Assembly (NCBI GenBank): GCA_027604505.1
Contig: JADIIX010000122.1
Coordinates: forward strand, 1 to 64,000
DNA: 64,000 nucleotides
Source of the DNA: Gonapodya sp. JEL0774
Lineage: Eukaryota
Direction: 5' to 3'
The notes beneath the pieces were generated by a model. That model searched no databases. It was not told the origin of the DNA and saw only the letters and a list, made by a program, of their open reading frames with translations. Numbering within the stretch: position 1 is the first letter of the stretch; each line of letters begins with the position of its first letter. The translations under genes were made by a program, and so were the position numbers. Positions 1 to 13,000 of this stretch are shown here, piece by piece.

Positions 1-5
1 CTCAC

Positions 6-241
6 CTGCATTGACGACATCTGGCAGTTTTCTTCCTACCCTCACCTTCGGCGGGGAAGAAAAATTGCCAGATGTCCGCCTTTCGCGATGCTGGCAGTGC
101 CATCTCACTTCCATCCCTCCCTGTCCCCACCTCACTTCCCAAAGCTCCTCCCTCCTGAGCCCCACTCCCTGCAGTGCGACCAGACATTGGAGAGGTAGGT
201 GGGTCGTTTTGCAAGTTGTCGTCTGCATCAGAGGACTGCAT
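6..241 (-). CDS. hAT transposase first exon (BED zinc finger N-terminus), partial
   Basis: Low-complexity N-terminus, then SRKADIWQFFFPAEGEGRKKTARCRQCR (W-xx-F...CxxC BED pattern). A GTGAG donor lies at 5..1 on the minus strand. Confidence 0.6.
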
Positions 242-291
242 TGGGGAAGCTGATATGGTAAGTCGAGGTGAATTCGGCAAGTGCGTGAGCC

Positions 292-460
292 AGGGTCGGG
301 CCGGGTCGGGTCCTGAGCGGACCTGACCCGACCCTTCAACTACCCGGACCCGACCCGACCCGACCCGGCCGGGTCGGGTAACATTTTGGCCTTCAAATAC
401 CCGACCCGAACGGAATCGGGCCGGGCCGGGTCCGGGTAGCAGACGGGTCGGGTAGGAACG
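292..460. repeat. Subterminal repeat array (GGGTCGGG/CCCGACCC in both orientations)
   Basis: Many direct and inverted copies are visible, as in transposase-binding arrays of hAT elements. Confidence 0.85.
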
Positions 461-582
461 TTAAACGTGGGTAACTTGGTGCTCACACTTGGGACAGTGC
501 TGTGGCCACAGATGTAGTAGATACACCTTTTTGTGTGAACGCGTTTGAATAAGTAAATCATACCACTCAACATGCTTTGCAG

Positions 583-980
583 TTCAATCCACCATTGACC
601 CATCCTGTCCAGCAACAAGTTGTCAATGTTGCAGGTGATAGCAGTGCTGAGGCACCTGTCAGTGTTGCGGTGTGGGTATGTGACAGTGGTTGTTTTGGTC
701 CCTGTTGCAGCTGGCTGCAGGTCACCTGGTGGGGCTGAGGAGGAGGATGATGCTAACTAGATTAGATTAGCCAGCAGCACATGTAATAGATAAGTTGTGC
801 ACAGACAGAGTCCTCTCAGACCAACAAGGGTACATTCAATTCTCAGCATTGTACATTCTGAATCCAGACAAACATGCACTGCATGAGTACCAAAGACATC
901 ACAATGGTGAAGTTGTGCACTGTGAAAATTACTCAACCAACAAAACAATGATAAGTACATTGAACACAATTAATTGTTGA
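583..980 (+). CDS. Possible last two exons of an unidentified gene convergent with HYDIN
   Basis: TTTGCAG acceptor at ~582, open frame SIPPLTHPVQQQ...VAVW, GTATGT donor, GCTAAC branch and TAG acceptor at ~770, then PAAHVIDKLCTDRV...INC* ending 980. No recognisable domain. Confidence 0.3.
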
Positions 981-1023
981 TTCTTGCAATAAACCATTAT
1001 ACAATTTCATTTTGTAAGTATTC

Positions 1024-4000
1024 TTATACTGCTTTTAAGTAGTAGGTCCACATAATTCCACTGGGGTGTGCAATAACAAGCTTTGCAATTGCCATTTGGG
1101 CACCTGGTTTGTTTGATGCCAAGCCCGATGAGCTGCTTGCTGCAGGTGGCCGATAGCTGACATAGACTGTTGTAGTCCTCTTAGGCCCAAGTGTGCTTTC
1201 ACCAAGTTTTGCTGTAAACTGTTGGTTGTCCACAACAACAGAAAATGATGAGGATGTATTAAAGACGTTCTTGAATTGGAATTGACTTATTTGACCAGCC
1301 TAGAGAACAAAGTCCTGGGGTCAGACAACACACAAGAAGGATCATTTTGCTTCTTCTTACTTTTACTGAAATTGGTCCTTGTGGTTGAGGAGGGACACAG
1401 TGGCCAAAGAGAGGTATCACATAATCTCCACCCACTGGAGATGTCAAATGAAAAGCTGCATTGACACTTCCAACCTTTGATGGTTCATACACAACTTCAC
1501 AAGTTACATCTATTGGACCATTCACAGCTAGTAAAGCAGAAATCAGCAAACAGAGTGGCAAAATATAACACTAAAGTCTTTACCTGCAGGAGCAGTAACA
1601 GACTTCTCTGCTGAGAAATCACTACTTTCCAAGCGGCACAAGTATTCTGTTTTGACCTTACTAAAGCTTTGGAATGTTACCATTTGGGTGGTGCTTCCCC
1701 CAAGAATAGTTTGAAAGTGTACAGATTTTTCTCTCATTGCAGGTGAGGCATGTAACTTCAAGTCGTACTGAATTGTCCCAAGTTCTGAAGAATTTACCAA
1801 CAATCTTGCAATGGTTTCTTTGGGTACAAGAGGAAGAAACTCCACCTGAACAATTCCATCAGCTCTGTGAAAGTGCAAAGCATATCAGCATGATCCAGCA
1901 AGTTTACACAATATCTCAGTACTTACTTTGGAGCAACAGTGACAGAATGGGGAACTGATATGTCTGGGTGTGTGCATGTTGGTTGAAATACCATTGGCAC
2001 AGGAAGTGGATTTGTAACTGTCACACTCTTTGTGATAGTTGCTCGCACAGTAGTTATCAAATCCAAGACACCCATTACACTGTTTGAGACAGATTTGATA
2101 GTAGCATTGAAAAATTCATACTCCTGTTGGAAATTGTTAGATAAAATGGTTTACTATTGTCTTCTCAATGGACACACCTGTGTATCATCATTCCTGAAAA
2201 CAACTCTAAAATTGGTGATTCCTTCTTTGTGTGACAGAAAATGTAATTTATATTGTGTTTTACCTGCAGCAGGAAGGTCAATATATTCCATGCCACGAAT
2301 CACAACTGCTGGATCTGCTTTTGGGACTTCAAAGTTGACACAGAGTGTCTGAGGTGTTTTCAACCAGTTTTCAACTGTGATGACCTCAACATGTGGACTC
2401 CTGCATGAAATCTCTCTGTTTATTGTACCTGCCGGTATTGGTTTGTCTGTGATTCCTATCAGCTTGTATACAACAGCAGAACCATCTGGGAGAGGCACAA
2501 AAAGGCTCCCTTCATGCTTTCCACCTTCACCTCCGCCAAGAGTACGCAATGGATGGAAAGCAATGTCATATCTGGCAGATCCATTTTCAAGGTCTAAGGT
2601 ATCTGCACCCTTGAAAGCATTGTTATCAAATGTTGGCTTGATTTTGCACATTCCTGTAAATTTTGTGTTGATGACCAATGTTTTAATGTCCATTTGCCGC
2701 ACAGGGCATGAAAATCTTAGAATATCAGTGTTTATCTGAGGTCCAGTGCAGAGACCAGAAAGTAGCAGAGATACTGGTTCAACCCAAGAGTCTTCACATT
2801 CAAAACTACACTGAATTGCCTCTGATATAGTGCCACCTGTCATGTGCAGGGGATGGAATGCAACCTCAATCGGAACATTTGTGTAAGGTGATGCATATGC
2901 TTCAGTTGGTGTAATAGAAAACATAGAATTTTTGGACTGTCTCCCAAATGTGAATTTAACTTCAAGGTCACCTGAATTGACAATGTGAATCTTTCTGGTG
3001 AGTGAGGCATTCTCAGACACTGGTCCAAATGCAACTGATGTGGTATCAATTGCAACTTCTGCACCAATACCTCTCCCAGTAATGAGGAAAAGTGGTCGAT
3101 CAATTCCATGCCCTTCAAGCCTCACTTCCTCTGCAAATGACAATGTTCTGTTGGTGGGCTTGAAAACAATGCAAATTGATGTGGATGAGTTGGGACCAAT
3201 GTCCTTATTAGCACCCTGCACTTCTACACCCAAGAGATGAAGGCTCTCAAGCATAGAAGATGGCCCAAGTTGGCAGTGAACAGGAAGGTGGCTTTTATTG
3301 TAAATCTTGAGAGTTCGTGTAACTGATTTCCCAACTTTTACCATTCCAAAATTGATTGTCCTATCTATGCTGGCAACCTCCACATCACAAGGAATAATGT
3401 CCCCATAAATTCTAAAAGGTAGTTTGAGTGTAGAGTTTACCAAAATGCAAACAGTTTCATTGAAGTGACCAGTTTGTGTTGGCTTAAGAGTGACTTGAAT
3501 GGGCAGCTTTGCACCTGGAGGTGTGCTAAACATGCCTGGATTGTCCAGCTCACACATATTTGAGGTTTTCTGCACCTCAAATGTAATATCTGTGATATCC
3601 TGATTAAGAATTTCAAATTTGCATTTTGGCGGTGGCTCTGAATTCAAGAACAACTTTCCAAAGTTGTGCTCAGAATGACTGAGCTTCAGCAAGGGAGAAA
3701 TTGATTGAGCTTGAATGAAAAATGTATAAGCTGTTCCATTGGCTACTTGGCAAACTATCTTAAGGTCTTTGATTAGGGTGGGTGCACTTGAATGGAATGT
3801 AATGGAATTCGTAACTGTTTCACCCTTCAGGCACTTCCCTGCTTCTGGTGTCACTGAGATTGTGTTATTCTTTCTTCCTTTCCAAGACCATGTATACTCA
3901 AGAGTATAACTGCCAGTATTCTTGATTTGTATGGTTCTTGTTCTCTTCTCATTCACATGACACCTTCCAAAGTCAATAATGTTTGCAGAAGGTGTGTTAG

Positions 4001-7000
4001 GGTTGACTGCTATTTCATCTCCGTTTGGTAAGTCAATGGACAGTTGCTGATGTAGCAGATATCCTTCAGCCTTTACAATAAGGGGTATTGGATATGCCTT
4101 CTTCTTGATGTTACAGAGGAGGTTGAAAGTGTGAACTTTCTCAGCAGGTGGAGAAAATGTTATTTCAATAATGGTCTCTCCATGTGGTGCAACTGAACCT
4201 GTATTGGGTGAAACTCGAAGAACAGAACCACCATTCAGGTCGGCTGGAACTCCATGAAAGCTAAAATGGAACTCTAAAGCAGAACCTATTGTGAGATGTT
4301 TCCAGAATAAGCAGGTTGCATTTCAAAATTCACCTGTGGCCTCGCTGTTCAATAGTTTGACAGTTTCTTTGGTGGACCATCCAACAAGAACTGGAGCTCT
4401 GAATGTCACACAAGTTTTTTCAAAATACACATTTGGATCCAGACTTTGCGCAACCACAAGAAATGGTACAACTACATTGAATTGAGGTATTGAGAATGTC
4501 CAAAGTGATTCAGATACTTCCATGTTCTCTGATAAGTACTCAAATAGAACATCTGTTTTTTGACCTGCAGGAATGACATCATGGGTGAAGACTGTATACT
4601 GGTAAGGAACACACAAACAAAAGACACCTACCTGCATGTAGAGTGTATCGTATTGGATTACAACGAAAATACTTCCTATGGTTCCCAGCTTCTGCATTCC
4701 ACAATATGTCATACGTATGATCTGTTGTATTGTAGATACTGATTTTCTTCATCCCCTTTGATGTTACTCCTATGCAATCTCGAAATTCAACCACTTTTGT
4801 TCCAGTGTCCATGATACTGGAGATGCCACTTGCAATAGCTGTTTCCTTTGATCGTCTGTCAGACCGTAAGTAGTCACTGTCATCAACTTCAAAATGGCAG
4901 AGTGGTCGTAATGCAGTGCCTGACAGATTAATAGGAACAACTTTCATGTCAGGGGAGAGATTTGGTATAGAGACCAATAAAACACAAGAGTAATCTTTGG
5001 CATCCATGGGTAGAAAACGCACAATAGCCCTCTCCTCATCACCACTTTCAACCACACCAGAATCTGGGGAGACAGTGAAAGGGGTGTCATCAATTCCTTC
5101 CATATCATGTGATTGGATCTTGTAGGAGTAAGTAAGTGGCACCTTTCCAGTGTTTTTCAGAACAACAGGAATTGATCTACATTGCATCATGTATGTGCTC
5201 TTAAAGGTGATGGTTTCTTTCAGTGGATAAAACTCAAAAAAGCAGAAGTCAGCCAGAGCTGATACTTTTATTGTTTGTAGTACTGTGTCATGTGACTCCC
5301 CAGAGGTGGATCCTGGAGTAATTGTCACATTGAACAAAGCTCCCACTATCTGCTCTGGAGCATCTGGTTTGAAAGATATCTTGACATCAGCAATTGCATG
5401 AGGAGCAAGAGTGCAAATCACTGGCTCTACAAATAAGTTTGGATGAGGTGATTCACTCCACTTCATTGTTAAGACCGTGGTGGTGTTATTTGTAGCTTTG
5501 AAAGTACATGAGGTCTCACTGCCAATATAGCAGTTGCTGAATACAATGTTTGCATTGGCATCACCAGCTGGTAGGTTTGTGAACAGTACTGAATCATTGT
5601 GGCTTTCCCCAACCAGAGAAATTTTCTCATCCTCAAAAGTGTTGTCAATGGTAAGAAGACGCAGCTCTTCACAGAGTGGCCCAATAGTATTGGGCTGAAA
5701 GACAATGGAAACAGTGTGTTCTTGATTTGGTAGCAAGACCACAGGAGTATCTTCAACAAAAAATGAGCTCTCCCTCTCTTTGCTGAGCTCCAATCTGTAC
5801 CTTGCTGGAATGATGCCGTCATTGAAAATCACAAGACGCATTCTCTCCTGCAAACCCATGGATGTTCTGGGGAATACAACCACATGGGATGTGCTACTAC
5901 GCTCATCTGGGGAGTGTTTGATTGACAAATGAGGCAGGGTACCCTGACCCACAAGATTAAACAAAAGTGATGGGGCATGCACAATAGTTTCCTCGGTCAT
6001 TACTAAAGCCTCAAAAATTGCAGTGTACTGCTGAATTGAAGTTGGATGGAAACTAACATTCACAAATCTGGTGTCATGGCTTGGAATTGTCAGTTTCTGT
6101 GGTTCCACATCAAAGGGCAGCTCTGCGGAGTCTTTTAATCTGCTTATGGGATGTACTGAAATGGATACATCTGCTGCAATTTTCCCTGGATTTGCAATCT
6201 TGAACTGGGCCAAAGTTGTTTGTCCCACTAGAATGGGCTTAAAGTGAAAAGTCCTTGACTCTTCAGCAAAAATATGGTTTTGGAGGAATTTCTTGTTGTC
6301 ATATCTCCTGCATATCGCATACTCAGAAAATATGGTTTGAACTTCCTTTGTTGATATAATTGGAGTACAGGACTCCCCAACAAGCTTGTAGCCATGAGAA
6401 TCAGTGGGGCAACTGTCAGTTACTTCCAGCAGAAGCACCTCCTGATAGACCCCTCCAATTTCTGGATGAAATTCTATGTTGACAACCTGTTTGTTTCCAG
6501 CAGGAATGATTGCTGTAGCAGGAGTAATTGTGAATGGACCAAATGCCTGAGTGTCTGCAGCCTTTGCGACCTCTTTTTTGGGCTGAAATTTTGAGTTTTG
6601 TAAAGTTGATTCAGATAAATCAAGAAGCTGCTTGCTGTTCCTAGTGGTTAACTTTGATTTTCCTGCATTTTTCATATCCATCAAAGGAAGAATCTTTGCA
6701 ATTGAGTAACGGAACTCATAGTCCCCAGTATTCTCAATCACCACACTTTTGACTGGTTTAGTGCCATGAAGAATATTCCCAAAGTTGAGCTCTGCTGGTG
6801 GCTGAATACTATAATGACTGAACACAGCTCTTAGTGACACTTTTATAGGGAGTGTGGTGGTGGTTTCCCCAGTTGAGGGATCATAAATTTGACATTTAAT
6901 GCAAGGAAGGTCCACAAGAGATGCTTCAACCTCTGATTTGAATGTGAGCTGGAAAGTACTGGGCTTTTCAGATGGTGGAATCACACCTTCTTGAACTGAT

Positions 7001-10000
7001 AACTGTGTTTGTGTGGAGATTGTAAAGAAGGACCCCCAATCTTCCTCATATATGAATCTGAAGCCAGCTTCATATTTTCCTCTGTTCTTCATAGTAAACA
7101 CTTGTTTAATTGGATCATCTGGGACTTTGAGTGTTCCAAAATCAATTCCATCAAGGCCCCTAGGGAAATGCAGATCCACAGCAAGGTCAAATGCCTCAGC
7201 TGCAAGGAAAAGTGTTTCTACTTGTGTCACACCACTTGTTTTGTCTGCATCATATACTTCAAGCCTCAGGGATTTCTTGATGGATGAGACTTTCAATGCA
7301 TGAAATTTTGCAACAATCCTACTTTCAGAAAGTGAAGAGACTATCCCCTCAATGGGCTTTATATCAAATTCATCCCCAAGATTCTCCCACCCTGTCAGTT
7401 TCCATGCAATGGGGAGCTGAATGTTGTTCTTCAAAATCACTTCTCTGTGATCTGAATGTTGCAGAAGTAACTTCTCAAAGTTGAATCCCTTTTTTTCGAT
7501 TTCAAGCTCAGGCTTTACACCCAAACAACTCAAAGTGATTTGTAGTGGCTGTGGGTTGTCTTTTACAGACAAAATGAGTATGTCCTCATACCTCCCTGTA
7601 GACCGTGGAAGTGCATTAATTACAACATTCATGGCTTCACCAGAAGCAACATCCACATTGCTTGCTTCCAGTGTGAACACTTCAACCCCTTTTACTTCAT
7701 TCTTAATTGAAAGTCCAATATGTGCATCTGCTGCACCACTATTGGACAATGTTAAGCACGCTTTGCTGTCAATTGTTGCTTCAGGTGGATACTTCTTGCT
7801 TAGCCACAGTGGACCAAAATCGTAAGCATTTAACGTAGAAGAATAGCCAAACTGGTTCTGCCCTTCTGTCCTCTTTGAAAACAAAACAGCAGGATTACTT
7901 TCAATCTCTGGATATTGGCACACACCACTGCAATTTAATGAAAAGCTTGCACTACTGCAACCTGCAATTGCAAAATCAAATTGCCCAGTGAATTGACCAA
8001 CCTCATTGGAAAGAAACTTCACAGAAAGCTCCCTTGAGTCTTGAGCTCCAATAACCCATCTGTAAGGTTTAAGCAGCTTGTTCATGTTATCTTCACCCTT
8101 GTCTGGTTTCCCATCCTCCTGGCTAGTGACTGTCACTGAAAGCTTCCCTGGTGACACTAACTTCCCTGTTCTTTTTACCTCAGTTTTAGTCATAGTTGCA
8201 GAGGTTTCTTGTGAGTACTGCAATTGCTCATCTTCTTTTTCCCCAAGAGTGCCAACATTGCATATGGAAAAGCATGTGGGTTTTCTTCTTGAGAGCCCCT
8301 GACAAGGAGGCATCCTCACAACTTGTCGCTCAACAAACCCCAAAATATCAGGCTCCCATGGTTTTGTACCAGAATCTTCAAGCTTCAAGGATAAAAGACT
8401 GGTCACTCTTTCAATCAAAGCATCTTTGTTCAGAGTCCCTGGAATATCATAAATGCCTATGATCCCATTGTCATCTGTGCTATGAACATCCAAATCAGCA
8501 ATCTCTGTGAGACTACCATTTGAAACCTGTGATTCTAGAAGTTGCCCTGTTATATTACTTGAAATTGGAAGTTTGCGAGCACCCTTTTTTTCTGTACTGA
8601 TAAGTGTATTTCTGGTCAACACAGGCTTTTCTGACTGCTTAAAAGTGGCAATTATGGGCTCCAAAGTAGAATGGTAGAGCTCATACATGACCGAAGTGAT
8701 CTCTGTCAGGAAAAGTGAGGCATCTGCAATGGCTTGTTCAGGTTGTGCCTCAGCACCATCAACCTTTTCCAATGCACTATCTTTTCCATGTTGCTTGGAC
8801 TGTTTTGTTGTGCCTTTGTCTCTGTCTGCCTGGACCTTAGCCAGGCCACGTAGAGCTGCCTTTTCATTTCTATGCTCTGATTGTTGTTTTCTTGGTTGCT
8901 TGGATTCTTTGTGTTTCTGCACTTCATCTGAACGTCTCTCAACAAGCATTACTCCATTATCTCCTCCAAATGGTTTGCTTCTTTTGTGCTCAAGCTTGGT
9001 TAATCTGAGATGATAGTTCTTCAAAGAAATATTGTAAAACATCTGATCTTTCTCAGTCAATTGATGGTAAAGACTCTCAGAGATAGGAGTTACAGAATAT
9101 CTCCTTAATTCTTCTCTTACAATTTCCTTGTTGGCATACTGCTCTCTTTCTTGGACAGTTCTGGAATCCAGGTTAAGGTTAACAAGAATTACCCTCCTTC
9201 TGCCCGCTGCTTGCTTAAGAAGACGTGCAATGCGTTGTGGGGCAACATTTCTGTGCAAAATTCCATCAACAACAGCTCCTTTGTTGCAACTCTCTTGATT
9301 GAGGTGGCACTTTAATAAATCACAAAGGAGAATATCTTCAGGGGTGCTAGCACTTTGGTTTGCACCCTCTTCAAGACTGGCTCTTAGGGAGCCAGCTGTC
9401 CCACCTTCACTTTGAACATCAACACCTTTGGTGTGAGTGGTTCCCTGTTGAGTCTTCTGAGCAAAATCTAAAGGTGCCTTGAGTCCACTGGTCTCATAAC
9501 CTGCATTGAATGTTTCCTCTATGGGTAGGTAACCATAAGAGTAAATTGCAGCCAGCTGCTTAGCAAGGGTGGTTTTCCCAGAGTATGGAGGACCATGAAC
9601 AATAATAATTGGACCGTCTGCGTCAGGTTGACTCCCATTTGCTCCACTAGAGGGGTCATTTGATGTTCTTATGTCAATGCTTGTCTTCCTATTGACATCA
9701 TTTGCATTTGGTATTGTTTGGTGTTTTGAAAAGTCAGCTCCCTGAAATGATGGTAGAGCTTGTGTCTGACCTGGTTCTTGAATAGGTACAAACATAACCT
9801 CTCCATTTGACCATGCTGATAGGGGAAGTACACCAACAGACATTTGCTCATCCATGTACTGATTATCATAGTCAATCATGTATACTTCTACTGGATATGG
9901 CTGTGGGTTATGGAGTGAAAATTTTGCCTCTATTCCTTCTGAATGAGGTAAAATTTGGGGAAATGTAATGGTGCTTGGTTGTACTTCCAAAACTGATTGG

Positions 10001-13000
10001 GTGCCTCTCCCAACAACTGACAGCTTTGAGGAGTTGTGGCTGTGAAGTGGTCTAACATAAATAGTTGCATCATACACCTTCTCCTCTAGTGGTGTGAAGT
10101 GAATCTGACAAAACACAGATTCTCCTGCTTTGAGGGTGCCACTAAATGGCTCAATGACCACTTCTTGTTTGTTTGGGTTTGAAGATAGCTTTGCTTTCCT
10201 CTTTTGACCCTTGGAAGCTACCAGAGGTGTGTAGGGTGAATTACTTAAGTCTGACTCCCATTCAAGTGAGGTCTTTGATGTGTTGGTTACTCTGATTACT
10301 GAGGATCGCCTTCTTCCCACTTGAACTGGGCTTCCAAAATCAACTTTAAGAGGACTGATTGTCAGACTTGGGGAGACAACTTTTGCAAGTACTTTAATGA
10401 CAGTACGAAGCCCATTTTCACCCACAGAAATTGCCATCTGACAACTTTGTTGAACTCCTAACTCCTCCTTTAGGCAGTGACCTGAGAACTCAATGAGAAA
10501 AGTCCTCTTATCCCCTGGTGCTACAGTCAGAGAACCATTGTTAAAATTAAGGACTTTGAAGCATGACGGAATTGCTGATGTATCCATTATTAGTGTACTC
10601 TCAGCATCACCAAATGCATGCAGGTTGATTGATCTGGTTTGTGAATTGCCCCATGCAATCTCCCCAAAATCACAAATGTGAGTGTTAATAACTATCTGAG
10701 GCTTTAGAACGGATGAAGTCTCTGCTACAAGAGCAGCATTCTGAATCTGATGAATTTTCTGGATCATTAAAAGGCGATATGCTTCCTCCTTGACTGCCAT
10801 TGTAGCTTCTTTTTTTTGGAAGATCTCCAATTGAACTCCAGGTGGTTTATATGACTCCTCAGATTCAAATAACACAAAGTCTTTTGAAGTACAGATTACA
10901 GGTCCAGTTGTATCATTTGATTTGTGTTCTTGAAACCAGCTAACCCATGCTACTGTGTTTCTATATGCTGAATCATCCTCAAGTGGCAGTCCAACAAACA
11001 GTCCTGTCCAGCTTCCATAGCCCCTCAACATCACGTATGTGTCTTCCAGGACAGGGGAAATTTTAAGAACAATACTAGCATCCAGACTGAGACCAGGTCC
11101 CTCTGGACAGAACTTGACAGAAACTTTCTGCTTTGCACCAACCAATAAGGTTGCTTCACATGGTGATATGAAGATTGACTTTGATACACTTTTGTTGTCA
11201 GACAGCAACTGGGTGCAGAAATTAAGTGTTGTTTTCCCTGTATTAAAAACAAAAAACGACTGCTCAGCTGATTGAAAACAGGGCACTGCTCCAAATTCCA
11301 GCTCAGTGTTTTCAATTCTGTAATGAACACCTGCAGTCTCTCCAGTAAGGTTCAAACAATAGGATGGTCCTCCTTCAACCTCACACAGAGCTATCAAATC
11401 ATAGTACCTACAAAAATCACCATAGAACTTGATATAAACAGTCTGCTGCTCATTTGGGTATATGATGCCTTGATGAGGGAATATTTCAAACGGATGCACA
11501 TGGAGCTGGCTTTGCTCATTTAAACTGTCCAAAATAGACCAATGGTATGTGGCAGGAAGTAATCCACTGTTTGAAATGGAAAAACTCTGAACATTTGCTG
11601 TTCCTCTTGCTATACAACCAAAATCCAGTTTGTTCAGAGAAAGTGTGAGATTGGGAAATATAATACTATTAGTTATGCTGAGGTTGTCTTTGTTCTGGGA
11701 GGCAGTCAATGAGACCAATTCACATCCAGATTAGCTTAGTAAAATTTGAAATACATACAGTGTGTCCTTTGTAAGTGATATGAATATCCACTTTCTCAAA
11801 TTGAGTAGTCTTGTCAATTTTGTATGCAGGGTCTAATTGCATGTTTACTTCCATGGACTCCCCTGCAGCAATCTCAAAGCTGTCCTTGTCAAGTACAAAG
11901 GGAATCGGATAGTCCATTGTGACTTGAAGAGGAAGTAAGCATTTATTCTGCACACAAACGCTATTGACAGCTAAAAGCACATGGTAATCAGGCTTTATGA
12001 TGGTCTCACAAATAACATTAGAGGGGCAGACTCCAATTTCAGGTGACACAAAGTTTGCACTGATGACAGATTCAAAAATTGTTTTCTTTCCTGAATCAGA
12101 TACTGTCTGACAATAATGTCTCTCTGCCACCAGTTGTGGCTCATCTGATAATCCTCTTACTAAGACATTCTGAGTCTGCCCAGGCTTTAATGCAAATCTT
12201 GTGGGTAATACCTCAAAGATATTGGTGTCCTTTTCAACTGGCTGTCGATCATCTACAAGCCAGGACAGAACCTGTACCTGCCGACCTCTGTTTGAAACAA
12301 TGAAAGACTGTGAACAAGGACGCTTGCAGAAGATATCACCAAATGAAACCCTGCTGAGCTCCTCTGGGATTGCAATGGTGCTGCCACTGCCCTTGGCAGC
12401 TAGGTGCACCTCATATATCCTACCATTTGTGACTGCTATCCTCATGATCCCAGTGAATTTGCTGGCATCGTCAAGGCGTGCAATGAGAGCAAGGCTAACC
12501 TCCTGATTAGGTATCAAAGTTCCCATGGCAGGTGAAACAGAGAAGACTGCTGTATCAGGTAGAATTGTGCACTGATACTTGGCATCAATTGGAGACACAT
12601 TAATAACTTGGATCTGTAGTGATTTTTCAGCCAAAACAGGTATAGTTCCCCAGCTTAACTCATTGACTGAGAGCTTTATATCTGGCCCAATTCCAATCAT
12701 CATCACCTTGGCCACAAGTTTGTCACACTGAACCCCACAAATTTTGAAGGGAATGTTAATTTCATGCTGACCAAGTCGATCAACTACTATTTCACACAAA
12801 ACAACAGAAGCTGCCATAGGAGGTATTGATCCACACACATTGTTGAGGACCATGGTACATTTATCAACAGCTCCAAAAGCTGCCCCAACATCAAAGGATG
12901 CTTGAAAGTTGTCATTGTTCACTAACTGAAAATCACAAGAGTAAGGGTGTCCTAAGAAGCACTTTCCAAGATTCTTGATGGATTCTTGTAAAACAACCTG

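Larger units (their letters stand above)
1..463 (-). mobile_element. 5' end of a hAT-superfamily DNA transposon (continues off the left edge)
   Basis: Minus-strand terminus TAACGTTCCTACCCGACCCG at 463, then dense CCCGACCC/GGGTCGGG subterminal repeats and an ORF ending in a BED-zinc-finger-like segment (KADIWQFF...TARCRQC). Candidate 8-bp TSD AACGTGGG at 464-471 cannot be verified because the other end is outside the window. Confidence 0.7.

Noticed and set aside
292..460. Short repeated palindromic units resembling a CRISPR or telomeric array
   Set aside because: No constant repeat with unique spacers and no cas genes. The position next to a BED-finger ORF fits hAT subterminal repeats.
9560..9610. 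P-loop IIIVHGPPYSGKTT suggesting a novel kinase fusion in the giant ORF
   Set aside because: An adenylate-kinase-like domain is a known part of HYDIN.
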